A DNA stretch of 31,443 bases from Mesotaenium endlicherianum (Eukaryota). The DNA lies in the NCBI GenBank assembly GCA_009602735.1, contig WELA01000374.1:62001-93443 (forward strand), in the 5' to 3' direction. The notes below the pieces were generated by a model, which saw nothing but the letters and a program-made list of their open reading frames with translations, was not told the DNA's origin and did not search any database. A program made the translations under genes and the position numbers. How positions within the stretch are numbered: the stretch's first letter is position 1; each line of letters opens with the position of its first letter. This document shows positions 28,157 to 31,443 of this stretch, piece after piece.

Positions 28157-29781
28157 ACTGGTGCTGAGGGTTCTTTTTAATTTTTTTTCGGGCGTAGTGC
28201 ATTTCAATCTCCGCTTACGGTTCTGCAAGCCGTGTTTGCTCATTCATATGCCGCAACACGGAATACTTGTCTTCAATGAGCCTCAGTCGTGTATTTGGAC
28301 AAACGTGTCTTTATTGACAGTGTTTACAGGGTTTGGGTGTACATTCTCTTCATAATTACAATTCATATGTTGCAATCCATTGGGCTTATGACGGTGTTTG
28401 GGTTAAAGACGTGCTGTTGAATACCTTGTCATGAAGTGTACGCCTTGTACACCTTGTACTTGTATGGTTTGCTCATAAGCCTGTGCGTAACGAGGAACTT
28501 CGGCAGTCTTTTGTGTCCCACATACAACGAAGTTTGTTGTACAGGGCTTGTGTCAGACCTGAGTCATATGGAGAACATTATCAGGCAGAAGGCTTCTTCC
28601 TTCTTGTATTGCTCCTACTGACCTTCTCAGTTGGCTACATACCCTCTCTTCCTTGCCCCTGAAGCTTAAAAGGAGTGTGGGTAGATTCCCTGAGTGTATT
28701 TAGGTCCAGCAGATGAGTTGTTGAAGGTGCAAGCGGCCCATACACCTAATCCTTGTAGTTTCTTCAGCTCGTTGGCCAATTTGTGAGCAAGCAAACGCCT
28801 AAGATAAGCAATGATCGCGTCTGGCATGCTGCAATACAGATCTGAGCTTTTGAAAGAGGCTTCTGTGCTTGTGTGTAACAAGTGTGTACTGAGACATTCA
28901 CGTGGCCCTCTTGTCCATTTGCTCCTAGCTGCTTCTCAGGTGATGAGATACTATTCTGTCCTTGGTTCTCGATGTAAAAAGTTTGGAATACATCGGACAC
29001 ATGAAAAGGGTAGTGTGGGTCAATGCAGACAAGCTATTGAGAGTGACTATTTGACTCGAGTATAATGAGTAGGTGTTTGTTGCAAGTAGCTGAGCTGACA
29101 CTCGCCTTCATGGAAGTTGGCACTTGGTAACCTTTTTACTGTTCCCTTGAGCCTGTTCATGTGATGTAAGTTTATTCTGAACTTGCATGTGAGTTTTGGT
29201 GAAATTAAGTAGCTCTCAATGAAAACGTGTCCTACGAAGAGATGCATGCTCCCCTGTGTTACATGTCGGTACGGTTTTCGGTGTTGCTCAACGGCTGATC
29301 TTCAAGCAAGACATTTGACGAGGACAAAAGTATGCCCCAATCGACTAAGGATTGGTATGAGAAACTTCGACTACATGTAGGTACAAATGCATCTGTTGTA
29401 CAAAAGGTGCACTGATATTGTCCCATCGTCCACAGTCGCTGCGCAGACAACTTCTTATAGCAGATCTTGTAACGTGACAACTAGGGCTTCCCTCACAAAG
29501 ATGGCCCCTTACAGGCCCCTTACAAAGGTTGTGATGTGCGAATAACATATAGCCTCGGTTCAACACTCCGAATGCTGACAAGCTCACATGGGGCATAAAA
29601 AGAATGATCTTGCATATTAATGCACGATGCCTTTCGAGATCACCTGTAACCCAACGTGGCAAGAGAGTCATCCATGGAAGTACTACCTTACTGTGTACTG
29701 ATGACCACTGATAAGCTTATATTTCTAGTGATGCTAACACTGCCCAAATAAGCAGTTGCTCATTACCTTCTGCAACTCTAG

Positions 29782-30549
29782 TCAGGGGGCATAACTGCTC
29801 AGATGCCCCACAGTGAATGCCTCGATCAACGACTGGGCACTCGCCACCTGTACGCACAACAGGGCACCCAAAAGACTCTTCAGCAAGCGAGCATAATCTG
29901 CAGAGAGAGCATGCTCTGTTGGAAGATGAATTTTCAAAAGACAAATTTCGACAGCAAGGTGATCCAACGATGTGGACACAACGTAACAGATGATGCAGGG
30001 AGGTGTGATGCACAGACTTGCCGATATTCGGCACCTGTCAGCAGACGCATGACAACAGATTACAGAGCTAGCACGGTTACAATATTCAGGCTGGCTGTAC
30101 CCCCATTCCTCCTCAATGGCAGCATCAACATCGACCCAATGCTCACTTGCGTTTGCTGCTGACATAGAAGAGAAGGGATGTATAACACAGTCATAATTGG
30201 TCAGCACACAAAATAGTCCTCACGAGGAACACATCACGCTTGTCACCCAAAATGTCGACACGTAGCCGGCAAGTACTCCACTTCTATTTCAACGTTCCGG
30301 AAACAAAAGCACTTCTTCTTCAAATGGAGGATATTATTCGTCAGCACACTCCTCAGGGCATGAGAGAGAGACCCCACACTGATTAACAATACACCATCAC
30401 TCACTCTCACGCATGTGAATGCGTCCGCAGCCCCACACACACACACACACACACACATGATGAAGGAGGGGAAGGAATAGTCTGACCTGGTTGCCAGTGC
30501 CGCTGACCTCTACCACGCGCTCCTTGGCGTTCCTCTCCGTCGTGTGGAC
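29782..30549 (-). CDS. Last two coding exons of a KH-domain RNA-binding protein; upstream exons not identified
   Basis: Exon 30549-30487 VHTTERNAKERVVEVSGTGNQ and exon 29847-29782 VASAQSLIEAFTVGHLSSYAP*, both phase 0 with AG/GT. This matches the end of a terminal KH domain (V-E-I-S-G-T..Q...A-Q-S-L-I-x-A-F) of plant multi-KH proteins. Confidence 0.72.
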
Positions 30550-31245
30550 CTGCACGCGTAAGCAGAGACCCAAGTCCGCACGCGCACACACGCACACGCA
30601 CACGCATGCACGTGTGGTCCAGGCCCCCACATGGGCAAAGCATGAGAGAGGCACCCATCAACATGTCACTAGAAGCACGTGTGCCCCTGCTTTTCAAACT
30701 CGTGTGAAAACTGCACATTGCGAGGGCAGCCAACGATGCCTCGTGGGAACCGCCAGCCGCACAAAGTCCACCTGGCGAGCCTGCAGTGGACGTGTGTTTG
30801 ACGGACAGTAGTAGTGCGCCACCACACTGCACCTCTTAGAGGGGGTCCCACCCAAGAGCTGCGCAAGAGCATTCGAAATACAAACCCACTCCCTTGCACC
30901 TCCTTCGTGAGAGAAGAAGTTCCCAGGAAGAGAAGAGAAGAGACGCAGATGCAGACACGGGCGCAGGCGCAGGGGCAATGCACGAGCAGCGGGGCAAAAT
31001 CCCAGCTCAGCTTGCCAGGTCGTGCATCATACAGGCGAGGCCTCCGCGCAGGGAAGGGCGCGCGCACGCAAATGAGGAGCCTTAGTGAGCGCGAGAGCGT
31101 ACTTAACGCATTAAGAAAACAGTTAACGAGTGCCTTTCCGTTGTCGTTCAAACACATGTGGGGGGGCGGGTTTGCGGGGGCGGCAGGGAAAAAAGGGAAA
31201 CAGTTCACCCGGCCCTGGCGCAACCTCGTGGAGGAATTAACAACC

Positions 31246-31370
31246 AAGGGTCAAAGTTCAAATGCCAAAGGTCACAAGTGTGAAGTCAAAGGTCAGAAAT
31301 CAAAGGACAGAGGTCAAAGGTCAATAAGCACGGGGACGAAAGGTCAAAGGCCAAGGGTCACGGGTCAAAT
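31246..31370. repeat. Degenerate 7-bp (AAAGGTC)n satellite
   Basis: Repeated caaaggt/cagaggt/caagggt units. Confidence 0.7.
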
Positions 31371-31443
31371 TTTGAATCTTGAAGGACAGAGCCCAAATCC
31401 CAAAGCGCAAAGGGCCGAGATCAGACACCTCGCACCCCCCCCC

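Noticed and set aside
28400..29750. Short ORFs between RPL31 and the KH gene
   Set aside because: No recognisable protein features; consistent with 3' UTRs and intergenic DNA.

Overview
Eukaryotic green-plant genomic DNA. The intron style and low-complexity GC-rich introns suggest a streptophyte alga or early-diverging plant (inference only). Bases 1-11905 hold two copies of one chromodomain-bearing Ty3/gypsy LTR retrotransposon. A minus-strand copy (5' LTR 5100-5845, tRNA-iMet PBS, gag, pol running off the left edge) sits inside the protease region of a plus-strand copy (pol remnant 5846-9126, 3' LTR 11156-11905). The family has a clean -1 frameshift signal between gag and pol (U-UUA-AAA, 7-nt spacer, perfect 10-bp hairpin). 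It also carries a decayed extra ORF of about 520 codons and unknown function between the chromodomain and the 3' LTR, bracketed by repeated PPT-like motifs. A third, diverged LTR relic follows at about 12352-12835. Host genes: a 7-exon UDP-L-rhamnose synthase (RHM, +), a probably plastid-targeted LON N-terminal-domain protein (-) spanning an N-gap and a poly-C run, ribosomal protein L31 (+), and the last two exons of a KH-domain protein (-). All comparisons were made by eye; no database searches were run.
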